This document shows positions 1 to 14,099 of a stretch of DNA of 64,000 bases, in pieces. The stretch is taken from assembly GCF_006345805.1 (NCBI RefSeq), contig NC_043015.1, forward strand, positions 49,104,001-49,168,000, in the 5' to 3' direction. A program made the translations under genes and the position numbers. How positions within the stretch are numbered: position 1 is the first letter of the stretch; each line of letters starts with the position of its first letter. Under the pieces are notes generated by a model that saw only the letters and a program-made list of their open reading frames with translations, was not told where the DNA came from and made no database searches. The stretch comes from Octopus sinensis (lineage: Eukaryota).

Positions 1-1335
1 CTGCCTTTTTCAAAGGCATTGATTGAAGTGTGTGATTTGAGAGAGAATTAGCTGCTATTTCTAACTGGTCAACCAACCACATAAGGTGATTTATAATAAT
101 AGACAAAATGTTCTGATTAAATGGAAACTGTGACATTGTAAAAGATATTAGCGACGTAATGAAAGGATTATGGTTCTAAGGTAACCGAAATCTGGTCGCG
201 AAACTGTTTCCTCGAGATAACTTCGATACAATTATGCCAACAGCACTGTAGATCATCTCAAAAGGACAAATTAAAAAAATTAAATTAATCGATAACCAAT
301 GATTGAATGATGATAAAAGTAATTCAATAATTATGTACAATATTAATCATCATCATCATTATTATTATTATTATTCACTACTTATCTTAAGAGACCAAAC
401 TTATCTAATATAAACCCAACGGTTCCGGGTTCAGTCCCACTGCGTGGCACCTTCGGCAAGTGTCTTCTACTATAGCCTCGGGCCGACCAAAGCCTTGTGA
501 GTGGATTTGCTAGACGGAAACTGAAATCAGAGTAATTAAATGTAAATTTGTGTCTGTTAAATTTTATTTTAAAATAATATTCTAAGATTCCTGCTGGAAA
601 TTGTAGAATTTCCAGCAGGAATCTTAGAATATGATTTTAAAATAAAATTTAACAGACACAAATTTACATTTAATTACTCTGATTGAATTTAACTTTCTAA
701 ATATTTACTCAACATTTCAATGGGTAGTTTGTGTAAGATATTATTTACGTTGTAAATAAAAACCCTCCTTAATTCCCTTGAAAATATTTAAGAGAGACAA
801 ATATAAAAAATATCTATGGAGAAATCAGTGAAACGTAAAAGAAATTACGTTATATATTTTAATGACAAACACCTTTAATATATTTAAGTCTAAATTATTT
901 TCGTCAATGATGAAAATGTGTAAGGTTCAAATATCAGCAATTATATTTGTAATAAATTAAAAAACCCCCAAAAGGAAGGCCTATGTCAAGGAGACCTGTT
1001 AAATAGGGTAAGAGGAAATATGCAGAGGAATGTGTAGGGGGTAGATTAGAAAAGGAGGGAAAACGAGGAGTCGACACCATGTGGAGAATTTTTAGTTATA
1101 TATATATATATATCTATGTCCATTTTGATTAAGTCTCATCTGTTGCAGACGTATAAGTTTCTGTTAAAAAAAAACAAAAGACTTAGGTAGATGTAGACAC
1201 AATATAAACAGTCTACCGAGCATCGTGTATTGCGATGTTATAAGAGATATATTAAAGGATTTACTTAAGGGAGAATTAAAAGGTGAACACATCAAAATGT
1301 TTTAAACGATCCTAAGTAATGATGTATCGCTCTGA

Positions 1336-1337
<2 letters not shown>

Positions 1338-1373
<36 letters not shown>

Positions 1374-1414
1374 TACACACACACATAGATATATATATAT
1401 ATATATATACACAC

Positions 1415-1445
<31 letters not shown>

Positions 1446-1517
1446 ACATACACACATAGATACATACATATATATATGTATATATACACACATAGATATA
1501 TATATATACACACATAG

Positions 1518-1560
<43 letters not shown>

Positions 1561-1636
1561 TAGATACATATATATACACAGATATATATATATATATATA
1601 TTATATATACACACATAGATACATATATATACACAG

Positions 1637-1671
<35 letters not shown>

Positions 1672-1686
1672 GATACATATATATAC

Positions 1687-1726
<40 letters not shown>

Positions 1727-2030
1727 GATACATATATATACACAGATATATATATATTATACATATATATATACACAGATATATATATATATATACACAG
1801 ATATATATATATATATATACACATAGATATACACACACATAGATACATACATATATATATACACATAGATACATACATACACACATATATATATATACAC
1901 ACACACATATAAACATATATATATATATACACACATATAAACATATATATATATACACACATATAAACATATATATATATACATATATATACATATATTA
2001 TATATACATATATATTATATATACATATAC

Positions 2031-2093
<63 letters not shown>

Positions 2094-2108
2094 CATATAT
2101 ATATATAC

Positions 2109-2139
<31 letters not shown>

Positions 2140-2200
2140 CACACACATATATATATATATATACATATATATATACAAATATATATATACACACACACAT
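1338..2200. repeat. Long compound (TA)/(CA)/(TAGA) microsatellite
   Basis: About 860 bp of low-complexity repeat; source of the YI/CV-rich spurious ORFs. Confidence 0.97.
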
Positions 2201-3814
2201 ATATAATGTGGGTATATTTATATATATAATATGATGTGCGTATATTTATATATAACGAACAATACATACGTGTATGTGTATAAACAAAAACATATATGTG
2301 TTATATAAATATATAACAAACTACAATCATTGGGGGTTTTTTGTAATCTAGATTTACGTTGAAAAGAGTCGAAATCGAAAAGAAATAGGAATTACAAAGA
2401 AAATTCTGGAAGAACACTAATTTTCAATTCATTGATTTGCAAAACGAGAGGCTGGTCGCCCGAAAGATGGATAATAAACAACATGTCGAACTAATAATGT
2501 CCAAGAGTAAATGAGATCGATCCAGTTAGATTCATGTTTAAAACATTTTATACGCACCAGAGAGAGAGAGAGAGACAAGTGCTTGCCACAGTCACTGGAT
2601 CAACTTTCCACCACCATCAATATTAAAATAGTCTTTGTTTAAATTTGACTTCAGTTTTTTAATTTTTTTTATTGATTGATTGATAGGATGGAAGTGGTGG
2701 TGGTGAAAAATAAGGAACAATAGACACGCAGACATTCCTTTAGATATTTCTTTAGTGTGTTGTTAGAGCAAACAGGGGGAAAACAACATTCCTCTCTCCA
2801 TAGAAAGAAGACCCATTACATGGTGTGCTTGTTTGTGTGTGTGTGTGTGTAGGTATTTATCTGTCGATGTGGTCCATGTATGTGTATATTTATGTCTGTT
2901 GAGTTGTGTGTGTGTGTAGGTATTTATCTGTCTGTGTTCGATGTGTGTGTGTGTGTATTTGTGTCTGTTGAGTTCGATGTGTGTGTGTGTGCAGGTATTT
3001 GTGCCGTGTTTGATGCGTGCATGTGTCTGTGTGCGTGTGTGTATATATGCAGGTATTTATTTGTGTTTGTTGCATTAGATGTGGGTGTGTGTGGCTTATC
3101 TGTATCTGTTACGATCACTGTGAGTGCGTGTGAGCATTTATCTGTGTCCGTGTTTGATTAGATGTGGGTGTGAGCGCGCGTTTACATGTTACAACAAGAT
3201 ACAACGAAGAAGAATTCCGACGTCGAGACACAAGAAAGAAAGGCGATATACGATAACAAACACGAATAAATAACAATAATAACCTACCTGCAAGCTTGTT
3301 TGGCAATTAATTCCCCGTTTGCGACAGTGTGGGCGAGGTTTAAACGACTGCCCGAAACACTATCAACAGCTTACTACGGAGAAAGTTGTTTCAACAACGA
3401 CATCATCATACCCATGACGCCATGATCGAATCAAGTCTCGCGATAACTCATTCGCTTAAACTCTGTTCGATTATTCGCTCATTCCGTTAAACTTTGTTCG
3501 ATTATTCGTTTGCTCAACTCTTAAACCGGAATACCATTCCCATTTTGCGCAACAGTATTTCTCCTTCTAAACCAGGAGCTATTATTGTGATTTTTTTTTT
3601 GTCGTCATCATCATCATGATTATCTTTACATTCTAAGTTCAAATTCTACCGAGGTCCACTTTGCTTTTCATCATTTTGTAGGGTCGATAAAATAAGGACC
3701 AGTTGAACACAGAGAACGATTTAATCGCCTTAGCCCGTTCCCTAAACCTGATGGCCTTGAGCCAAAATTTTAAACCATTATTATTATTATCATTATCTTT
3801 ACTTTCTGAGTTCA

Positions 3815-4190
3815 AATTCCACCGAGGTCGACTTTGCTTTTCATCCTTACGGGGTCGATAAAATAAAATACCTATTTCTTTACTACCCACACGGGGCTAA
3901 ATACAGAGAGGACAAACAAGGACAGACAAATGGATTAAGTCGATTGTATCGACCCCAGTGCGTAACTGGTACTTAATTTATCGACCCTGAAAGGATGAAA
4001 GGCAAAGTCGACCTCGGCGGATCGATAAAATAAGATACCTATTTCTTTACTACCCACAAGGGGCTGAACAAGGACAGACATAGGTATTAAGTCGATTACA
4101 TCGACTCCAGTGCGTAACTGGTACTTAATTTATCGACCCCGAAAGGATGAAAGGCAAAGTCGACCTCGGCGGATCGATAAAATAAGGTAC
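3815..4190 (-). repeat. Tandem partial SINE-B units
   Basis: Two repeated about 130-bp headless body units plus a fragment. Confidence 0.8.
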
Positions 4191-4279
4191 CGTTTAACTA
4201 CTGACTTCGATGTTATCGACTAGCCTGTTCCTCCAAAATTTCAGGCTCTGTGCCTGTCGTAAAATGGATTATTATTATT

Positions 4280-4400
4280 GGCATACCTACACAAATATGC
4301 CTCCACTACGATTTTTTTTTTACTCATAACTTTCAGAAAAAAGGATATTTTTTAATGAAATTTTCTACAAATACCTTTCAGTGGGGAAAGAAAGTGGTGG
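4280..4400 (+). repeat. Unclassified interspersed repeat end
   Basis: ggcatacctacacaa...cataactttcagaaaa...ttaatgaaatttt, with a reverse copy at about 21010-21122. Confidence 0.55.
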
Positions 4401-7004
4401 GCGCACACGCATACATAGTGACACACGTCACATTTATCTACAAAAAGAAACTTGAAATTTTGAAAAATTGCGTGATGTGTCAGTTTGTGTGTGTGCGCGC
4501 ACCAACATTTTTTTTTTTTATCTTTTGCTTGTTTCAGTCCGTTAGACTGCGGTCGTGTTGAAACACAGCTTTGAAGAATTTTAGTCGAACTAAACAACCC
4601 CCGCTGGCTTATTTTATTTTTAAGCCCGGTACTTATACTATCGGTCGGTTTTGCCCATCCGCTAGGTTACGGGGACGTATACACACCAACACCGGTTGTC
4701 TAGCGATGGAGGAGGACAAAGGCAGACACAAAAACACACACAAATATATACATATATAGAAAAAAGTGAAAGGGGTACAAATAGTTAGTTAGATAGATAG
4801 ATTTCTTTATTGGCCACGCAGGGCTAGACACAGAAAGGACAAAATACAAAGTAGAGCTTTTCTTTTTGGGAACAAGAGAAGGGGAAAATAAAGTGGGGGA
4901 CGAATTCCGATCAAAAGGGATCGTGAAAAAAAAAGGGGGGGGGCGATCAAAATGGATCATGAAAAGAAAAGTGGGGACCGATCAATAGGGATAGATAGAC
5001 GGATGGACAGACAGACAGATAGGTGGGTAGAAAGACTAACAGATATAGCGATTGATATACATAGATAAATAAACAGAGCATCAGAATCATTCCAACATCC
5101 ACTTCTCAATGCTTGCATGGCTCAGACAGAATTCATTGAAGTAGATTTTCTATAGCTGGATGCACTTCTTGTTGATGATGATACCTTGCCTGTGAAGAAT
5201 CTGACTAAGGTCCACTCCATCTTACCTATTGTACGGAGAACCCATCTACTTACCACTGCTCTCTACAATCTCACTAACGGTGCCATTCAATGTTATGGGT
5301 GGCCACCTTGAAGTTTTACACCTGACAAGATAAGAGAAGTTTCCAGTGATGGATGGATTCTATATTTCCTGCACAAGGAAAGGAAAGATGTAGTGTACGT
5401 ATTCAATAACAAATTAGCAATCTGTATACATATTTATCCCTTTTGATACCAACCCGGCCAAAACCGCCTCTGGCTCTGTAGTACAAATGTCTTGTTTTCA
5501 TAAGTATTGAATTAAAATCTTCCACCAAACTTTAGTCACAATTTATGTTCCCAACACTAGCTTAATGATAACTAGGTTCTTTTATTAAATTGTTTCTTAA
5601 ATTTAAAATTAATTGAATGAAACACAGAGCATCTTAAAATAAATATAGTAACAAAGCGGTTAAGGTATATACACTATATAAACTGCAGTATTCATCTCAA
5701 GAAAGCATCTCTTACAGATGTCTGCTACCACTACCACCACTGCTCAATGATCTTACTCACTAATAAGAATAAATATATATTAGCTACAGAGGCAGGTTTA
5801 ATACTGAGGGGTAATAATTAACTCTACTGAAAAGTGGATGTTGTATTAGAACAAACTATACTGTGGTAGATATCAAGAGAGAAACTCTCATATTGGCTTT
5901 TGGTGCAAAATGCATTCTTGTATATATAAATAAAATGTGCTCTCATATAAACAAGAATGCATTTTGCATCAAAAAGCCAATATGAGAGTTTCTCTCAAGA
6001 TATCTATCGCAGTATAGTTTGTTCTAACAGAACATCCAGTTTTCAGTAAGAATAGATATACTTTTCTATTCTAGGCACAGAGCCTGAAATTTTTGGGGGA
6101 GGGGGCCAGTCAATTAGATCGACTTCAGTATGCAACTGGTACTTAATTTATTGAGCCTGAAAGGATGAAAGGCAAAGTTGACCTCGGCAGAATTTGAGCT
6201 CAGAATGTAAAGACTGACAAATACTGCTAAGCATTTTTCCCAGCATGCTAACATTTCTTATTTCTTTATTACCCACAAGGGGATAAAAATAGAGGGGACA
6301 AACAAGGATAGACAAAGGGATTAAGTCAATTACATTGCTCCAGTGCATAACTGGTACTTAATTTATTTGAACTCAGAACGTAACGACAGACGAAATACGG
6401 CTGTGTATTTCGCCCAGCATGCTAACATTTCTGCCAGCTTACTGCCTTGGTGGGAACAAATATTAACTCTCCGTAAGAAAGAACATTCTAAAATGGATAA
6501 AGAAATTTAAAGGATTGCTTTGGTTCAATGGTAGAACGTCTATCTTGTTTAATTGAGTCATGAGTAATTGTTTAAAACAACAAATTGAATACCATAAATC
6601 CCCGAGTATAATCTGCAGTTTTTTCCCAAAATTTAAAGGTCAAAATCCCTAGTGCGTAAGATATACAAGGTTAAAAATGAAAGATATTTTCAAAGCAATG
6701 TCCGAGTCTCTATTTGCTGTCCAGCAATGTTTATTCAGACGCATTTTGTGATGTCGGGCATTAAAATACCTTAAGCTAAGCCTGAAAGCAATGAAGTCAT
6801 AAAAGAATCATCCATAACTTGCAGTAAGCAACATTTATTAAACGCTATTACTGTTATTTCTTTATTTTCTGCAAACAAAATGCACAAAAAAGATACACGT
6901 TTGCATTATGTTATATGTACAATAATAATAAAGGACGTTACCATATACATTTTTACAAACCAAGGACATCATATAGACCTCCTTGACTCAAGTTAGAGAA
7001 GGGG

Positions 7005-7088
7005 TGCGTATTATACACAAAGTTTAGGTTTTTCAGAAGTACAGCCCCCTAAAAATTCCCTGTGCATTATACTCAAGGATTTACAGTA
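7005..7088. mobile_element. Possible pogo/Tc1-type TIR remnants
   Basis: gcattatactcaaggatttacagTA terminus and an internal tgcgtattatac subterminal motif. Confidence 0.35.
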
Positions 7089-7440
7089 TATCTGATTTTG
7101 ATTGGAAGATTGCAATTTGCCTACTGTCTATATGGCATCTATCCCAGTTTGACAGAAAAGAATCTCATGTGTGTGAAGCCAGCAGCTTGCAGATTGTGTT
7201 TTAAAGGTTATCATGAAATCAACCAAATATGCACTTATACTGGTTTTGAAAATAAGCTCCTCATTTGTTCAAGACAGGTGTATTGGTTCACATGTTCAAC
7301 CACATATATACATACACTTCTCCTTTAAATATATTAACTATTGAAGAGTACAAGTATGACTATTACGATGTTCTTATTATGAATATCAGGGTCCATTTGT
7401 ATGAAACAGTTGTATAGGAATATGAAAAATAAGAACTATA

Positions 7441-7654
7441 CTCTTTACTCTTTTAATTGTTTAAGCCATTTGACTGTGGCCATGCTGGAGCACTGCCTTT
7501 AGTCAAACAAATCGACCCCAGGACTTATTCTTTGTAAGCCTGGTACTTATTGTATCGGTTTCTTTTGACGAACTGCTAAGTTACTGGGTCGTAAACACAC
7601 CAGCATCGGTTGTCAAGCGATGTTGGAGGGACAAACACAGACACACAAACAGAT

Positions 7655-7687
<33 letters not shown>

Positions 7688-7848
7688 CGACGGGCTTCTT
7701 TCAGTTTCCGTCTACCAAATCCACTCAAGGCTTTGGTTGGCCTGAGGCTATAGTAAAAGACACTTGCCCAAGGTGCCACGCAGTGGGACTGAACCCGGAA
7801 CCATGTGGTGCCTAAGCAAGCTACTTACCACACAGCCACTCCTACACC
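7441..7848 (-). mobile_element. tRNA-derived SINE family A
   Basis: A-box TGGCTGTGTGG, B-box GGTTCAGTCC, central (TA/TG)n, (AAGAGT)n tail; many copies in the window. Confidence 0.9.
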
Positions 7849-8089
7849 TATAATCCATTTTAACATCCAATCTCCTTCATTACATAAATATGAATGAATT
7901 TGTTGAACTTTTTTTAATAAGTGAAGTCATATACTGGTTATTTCAATACAAGCTTTCATACCTAAAGGAATTTTTTTTTTAAATTCAAAAGTAAAGTATG
8001 AAGAAAAGACATAAGTAATCTTACAAAAAATTCCAATTTAAGGATGAATGTATGTTCATCCAATAGAATATATATATGATATATAAATA

Positions 8090-8475
8090 TGGAGTGGCTG
8101 TGTGGTAAATAGCTTGCTTCCCAACTGCATGATTCCAGGTTCAGTCCCACTGCATAGCACCTTGGGCAAGTGTCTTCTATTATAGTGTCAGGCTGACCAA
8201 AGCCTTGTGAGTGGATTTCGTAGATGGAAACTGAAAGAAGCCCGTCGTATATATATATATGTGTATGTGTGTGTCTGTTTGTGTTCCTATTTTTGACTAC
8301 CAACCATCACTTGACAACTGATGTTGGTGTGTTTACGTCCCAGTAACTTAGCAGTTCAGCAAAAGAAACCGATAGAATAAGTACTAGGCTTACAAAGAAT
8401 AAGTCCTGGGGTTGATTTGTTCAACTAAAGGCAGTGCTCCAGCATGGCCACAGTCAAATGACTGAAGCAGTAAAG
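8090..8475 (+). mobile_element. SINE family A
   Basis: Full-length match. Confidence 0.9.
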
Positions 8476-8841
8476 AATATATATATGTACTTGAGAAGAC
8501 TCGTCAAGCTAAGTGAAATTGTGGGTTCAAGTCCAAGAGACAGCCTTCAAGTTTTTCTATCCAAAGAGTTTTTTAGTCCAGTATTTACACCCTATTATTT
8601 ATAGATTTATTTGCTTTGAGATAGTCATTCCAAAAACAATATTAATTCTATACACAATATTTATTTTTCCATGTTAGTCCTATTAAGGATACCTTATAAC
8701 TGAGACGGTGAAAAAACAGTTCAACATGATGAACTGTTAATCCTTACACATTTTTTTCTCTCTCCGTTGTTTTTGGTTCTCTTTCCCTTTTTTTTCCCTC
8801 TCAATCCTTTTTGTCAAAGAGTGTAGGCTCGAAATGTCAGA

Positions 8842-9243
8842 CTTATGAAGAAAGGCTGAAGACGCTCGACCTTTATTCTCTAGAAAAACGCCACCGCCGT
8901 GGTGATCTCATTCTTGCTCACAACATCATAAGCGGAAAGTGTAACTCCTGATCCAGAGCGTCGGCTGTGGGGTCATTCCGAAAAGCTCTATCTCCGACGA
9001 TTTGATCTCAATCAAAGGAGAGGGGCTTTCTCCGTCCGGGTTGTGGATCCGTGGAATAAGCTGCCGGAAGAGATGGTGAAGATGCCGACGACCGCTCGGT
9101 TCAAATTCTCCCTTGACCTCAAGTGACCTGAACTCTTTACATGAACACCACCCTGTACATAACTCCATGTCCCCCTACATGGCCTTGCTTTTTGCTTTTT
9201 GAGCCAAAGAATTAACTAACTAACTAACCAACTAACTAACTAA
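8842..9243 (+). mobile_element. CR1-like LINE 3' fragment with (TAAC)n tail
   Basis: YEERLKTLDLYSLEKRR; near-identical family copy at 27401. Confidence 0.85.
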
Positions 9244-10116
9244 CTTTTCCATTCTTTCCAAGGATCAAACTAATACACCTACTTGCTGTTTCCTCACCTC
9301 TCTTCATCTTTTGTTTTCTGTAAATTTGAACTATATATATATGTATAATAGAAATATGTTTCAAAATAGAAAATAGAAACTACACATGGAAAAGATATGG
9401 GGAAAATAAGAAAAAAAAAAAAGCAAAAATGCACATTGAATATAAAAAAAAAATAAAGGCTTTTTTTATGAAAGGTAGCAATAAATAAATACAATTAGAT
9501 GTATTGAGGTAGAATTAAATTTATTATTTTGAATTGTTAAAGAGATTCAAAGTCAAATCAGTGTCATCATTCCTGTTCACTGGCTTTGATTGCACACCAG
9601 TTTGACTTGGAATCTCTTTAACAATTCAAAATAATGAATTTAATTCCTCTTTAATTCTGCTTCAGTTCATCTAATTGTATTTATTTAACACTACTTTTCA
9701 TAAAAAAAGCCATTATTTTTTTGATATTCAATGTGTATTTTCACTTTTTTCTTCTTACTTTCCCCATATCTATTATATAAAATCCGTTCTATCTGTCTGT
9801 CTGTGTGTCTTCTAGGATCTCGGGCATCCTCTATCCAATTGTGCTCAAATTTGATATTTTATTTGATGGAGATTTTCATCAATTGTTACCAATTGTAAAG
9901 ACCTAAAACTACAATAATTAAATCTTATATTTAAAGACCCCCACCCCGAAGTCTCGAACATTCTAGACTTGTTCAAAATATGTGAGCAAGGAAAGAACCA
10001 ACGGAATATTTGTTGAAATTTTTGCTTGAGTTTAGGTGTGGAAGAATCGCACCAGAAGTCAACAGTTAAGAATCTAAGGCCGTTGATGTAACAATTCTTA
10101 CTTTAGTTGAAAATTC

Positions 10117-10550
10117 GGATCTTTTCGGCTTGACCGGCAGTTTTTAAAAATAATTTCGACGTAACTAAACACTTTTAAACTTCGTATACTGGTAGAATGT
10201 GTTTATAAAACATCTTTTTCTCTTAGCTTTATTGAGAAAATTCTATAGTTCGTAAGATATTTGTTGTTTTTTTTCTTCAATTTCTGCAATTTCAACCAAT
10301 CAATGTCGTCTATTGAGGTGAAAACATTCTGTGCCGTATGAATATGTCCCTCGTTTAAGAAACAGATTGGGTTTATTTACATTTCTGAAGAAAAAAGATA
10401 CCCTTCCCCCCACCCCTAACCTTAACCATTACCCTAACCCTAACCCTAAAACAGATTGAAATGCAATAGATCGATATTAGGGTCATAATTATGGATGACA
10501 ATTTCATATGACACCGCTAGAAAGAACTGCCGTTCAAACCGAAAAGATCC
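10117..10550. mobile_element. MITE with GGATCTTTTCGG TIRs and internal (CCCTAA)n
   Basis: About 27-bp TIRs; partial family copies at about 40380-40676 (-) and 41706-42080 (+). Confidence 0.8.
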
Positions 10551-11036
10551 AAATTACGTCTTCTCCCAAATGTAGTGTCAACGTAAAAGACATCGCTCGT
10601 GTGTCTTTCTATTAATGGTAGCGAGAGCATGGACGGAAATCCTAGATGCTTCCTTAATAATGAAAAGGATTTGAGCTTTGATGAAGGAAGCTAATATGAC
10701 AAAAAAAAAAGGAACATGTTACCAACACTCGTATTGTGTCTATAATTGATTTTATTATATTCCATAGTAAAAATGTTTATTTAAAACGAAATATACGTAG
10801 ACTATAGCAGAACGATAATTATAGATATGCAATAAGATTAAGAATAATTGAATAAGCAAGGAACACGCAAAAGAAATTCAAACGGTTTCGTTTTTCGTTT
10901 AGATTTAGACCAAACAAATTTTTGCTTTGAGCTTGGTAATTTATTATCGGAAACAGAATTTTTATTATGCGAGTTGTACAAGTTATGTAACTCATATCTC
11001 TTCTTTGTAAGAGTTAACTCCCTTAGCGAATTATCC

Positions 11037-11066
11037 TCTCTCTCTCTCTCTCTCTCACACACACTA

Positions 11067-11122
<56 letters not shown>
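11037..11122. repeat. (CT)n microsatellite
   Basis: Direct reading. Confidence 0.95.
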
Positions 11123-11124
<2 letters not shown>

Positions 11125-11640
11125 ATAAATTTATGAATGGTTTAGTTTATTCTAGAGCTAAATTAAATCTAATTGAGTCGATTACGTGAGCTTTTGATCA
11201 TCAAACTTGTGTGACCTTACTAAGAATAATAAGGAAATAATTTTATTCTCAAACGCAAGATAATGCTAATAATATAGCATGACTAGAATAAACTAACCAC
11301 ATTTTTAACCAAAATATGGTTAATTTATCCTGTTCATACTATATTATTAGTATTATCCTGCATTTGAAAATAAAATTATTTCGTTTTCTTTCAATACATC
11401 TCAATGCTTCTAAAGCAAACTTGGCTTACTTTCATCGTTATTTGAATTTACTAAAAAAATATTACAGAACATGAAAAATATCTAAATAGAATTCCTGCAA
11501 ATATGCCAAACATATTCCCCTGACATTTACTAATATAGAATATGTCTTACGGAGATATATAAAACAATGTATACCAAATAATACAAATTATATTTAGTGA
11601 TTTCAGGCTCGGAGCTAGAAAGATGTCAAGAAGCAAACTA

Positions 11641-12843
11641 TTAGGTCATCCCATAAGTTCTGTCCGATTTTACCTTTTTTGAAATTGAATGAAATTTAAT
11701 AGTATTTTAGAATGTCTAATGGAATTTTAAATTATTTTTATGCCTTTGTGTGCATTTAAACTAATTAAATATTATTTTACAGAATAGTAGAATTAAAATT
11801 TCTTTGATTAAAATTCTTTCTATCATGGAAGTATCCAAAGAGCATTTGAGGCACATAATGCTTTATGAGTACAAAAAATGAAACTCTGCAGCCGAAGTGA
11901 CTCGAAACATACACTCAGTTTATGGGAAAGAATGCTTGAATGAAAGAACTTGCAGAAGATGGTTTGCAAAATTCAGAAGTGGAGATTTCAGCCTTGAAGA
12001 TGAAGATCGAACAGGACGTCCAGTTGAGTTTGATGATAAGCCCCTTGAGGCATTACTTGAAGAAAACCTTGCATTATCAGTTGAAGAATTAACAATAAAG
12101 CTCAGTTCAAACCATACAAGTGTCCATCGTAATCTTTAACAACTTGGAAAGGTTCTTAAACATGGAAACTGGGTGCCTCATGAATCGTATGAAAGCAACC
12201 GCAAATCCTGAGTTGATATCTGCTCTTCTCTCCATTCTCACAAACTCATTTCACCCTCTTTGTATAGACTTGTGACTGGTGACAGAAAATGGATCTTCTA
12301 TCAAAATGTTAAATGTCATAAACAGTGGCTTGGTAAAAGGGTAAAATCTCAACCACAACCGAGAAGGGAACTTCATGGAAAAAGGTTCTTCTCTATATTT
12401 GGTGGGATTGCAAAGGAGTGATTCACTTTGAATTGTTAGCACCTAATGCAACAATCAATGCTCAAGTCTACTGTCAGCAATTAGAGCATTTGAACCAAGC
12501 TTTGAAGAAAAAAAGACCCGCTTTACTGAATCGAAAAGGAATGATGTTTCATTAGGACAATGCATGACCCCACACCGCAAAGATTACATCACAGAATATC
12601 AAAGAGCTTGGCTGGGAAAAAATTCCTCCTCCACCTTATTCTCCTTGCCTTGCTCCTTCAGACTACCATTTGTTTCGTAGTTTACAGAATTATTTGGGGG
12701 ACATAACTTTCGTAAGCCAGGAGGAGGTCGAAACTGACATTTCAGAGTTCTTCGCTTTGAAACCAAAAGAGTTTTACATTGATGGGATTAAAAAGCTTGT
12801 AAATAGATGGAAGGAAGTCATAGATAATCGTGGAAAGTACATT
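11641..12843 (+). mobile_element. Mariner (DD34D) transposon, pseudogenised, 3' end truncated by an RTE
   Basis: TA|TTAGGTCATCCC terminus; ATG 11825 MEVSKEHLRH..., HTH region RWFAKFRSGDFSLED..GRP, WVPHE and PPYSP..APSDYHLFRSLQN motifs; in-frame stops. Confidence 0.92.
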
Positions 12844-12845
12844 GG

Positions 12846-13970
12846 TGAAGGATGCTAAATGTAGAGAATGTATGGAAGAAGGAGAGGCTACCAAATGTAG
12901 ACCCAATAGAGGGACCAGCTATCCGAATCAAGAGTAACTTGGTAGATAAACCAATTAGAGATATGAAGACAGGGAAAGCACCTGGCCCTTCAGGAATCAC
13001 TGCTGAGATGCTTAAAATATCTGGTGGAGTAGGATATGGCCTAGTCACCCATATAGTTAATCAGGTTGTCTACGAAGGGGTCATACCTAACAACTGATAT
13101 AGCAGCATTTTTATCAACTGCTACAGAGGTAGAGGTGATGCTCAAGACAGAAATAATCACAGAAATATCAAATTGCTGGACCAGGTGATGAAAGTTACAG
13201 AGTGTTATAGGTCAATTAATTAGGAAAAGAGTTGTATGAATGAGATGCAGTTCGGTTTTGTGCCAGGGAAAAGCACTATTGATGCTATCTTCCTGGTAAG
13301 GCAACTACGGGGGAAGCATTTAGTTAAAAATAAACCTCTGTACTTGGCTTTTGTGGACTTGGATAAAATCTTTGACAGAGTCTCTTGCTCTCTCATTGGT
13401 AGTCAATGCAGAAGCTAAGGATAGATGAAGGGTTGGTGAGAGTTGAACAAACAATATATATATTTCTTTACTACCCACAAGGGGCTAAACATAGAGGGGA
13501 CAAACAAGGACAGACAAAGCGATTAAGTCGATTACATCGACCCCAATGCAAAACTGGTACTTCATTTATCGACCCCGAAAGGATGGAAGGCAAAGTCGAC
13601 CTTGGCGGAATTTGAACTCAGAACGTAACAACAGACGAAAAATACCGCTAAGCATTTTGCCCGGCGCACTAACGTTTCTGCCAACTCGCCGCCCATACAA
13701 TATATAGGAGTGTTGCCAGTAGGGTGAAGGTCAGCAATGAGGATTGGTTCTAAGCCCTATCTTGTTTATCATAGCCCTCCATGCCATTACAGAATAATTC
13801 AAGACTGGTTGCTCTGGGGAGCTCCTGTATGCTGATGACCTTGTTCTTATAGCTGAATCACTACCTGAACTAGAGAGGAAACTTCAGGTTGGAAGCAAGG
13901 TCTGGAATCTGAAGGCTTTGGAGTTAATTTAGTAAAGACCAAAATCCTAGTAAGTAGGAAAACCGACAGT
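12846..13970 (+). mobile_element. RTE-clade LINE fragment interrupted by a SINE
   Basis: MKTGKAPGPSGITAEMLK, QFGFVPGKSTIDAIF, LAFVDLDKIFDRV and LLYADDL motifs; stops and frameshifts. Confidence 0.9.
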
Positions 13971-14099
13971 TGGAACCAGGGCAGCTCTCCAGCTTACCAG
14001 TTGCTGTCAAACTGTTCAACTCATGCCAGCATGGAAAATGGACGTTAATTGATGATGATGATGATGATGATTATCTTTAATAAGCTTCTTTTAGTGAGA

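Noticed and set aside
1292-2267. ORFs up to 294 aa rich in Y/I/C/V
   Set aside because: Translations of a TA/CA microsatellite that lacks stops; not genes.
7062-7328. 88-aa Cys-containing ORF
   Set aside because: Starts at a TTG/GTG-type codon within transposon-end sequence, with no recognisable family or splice support.
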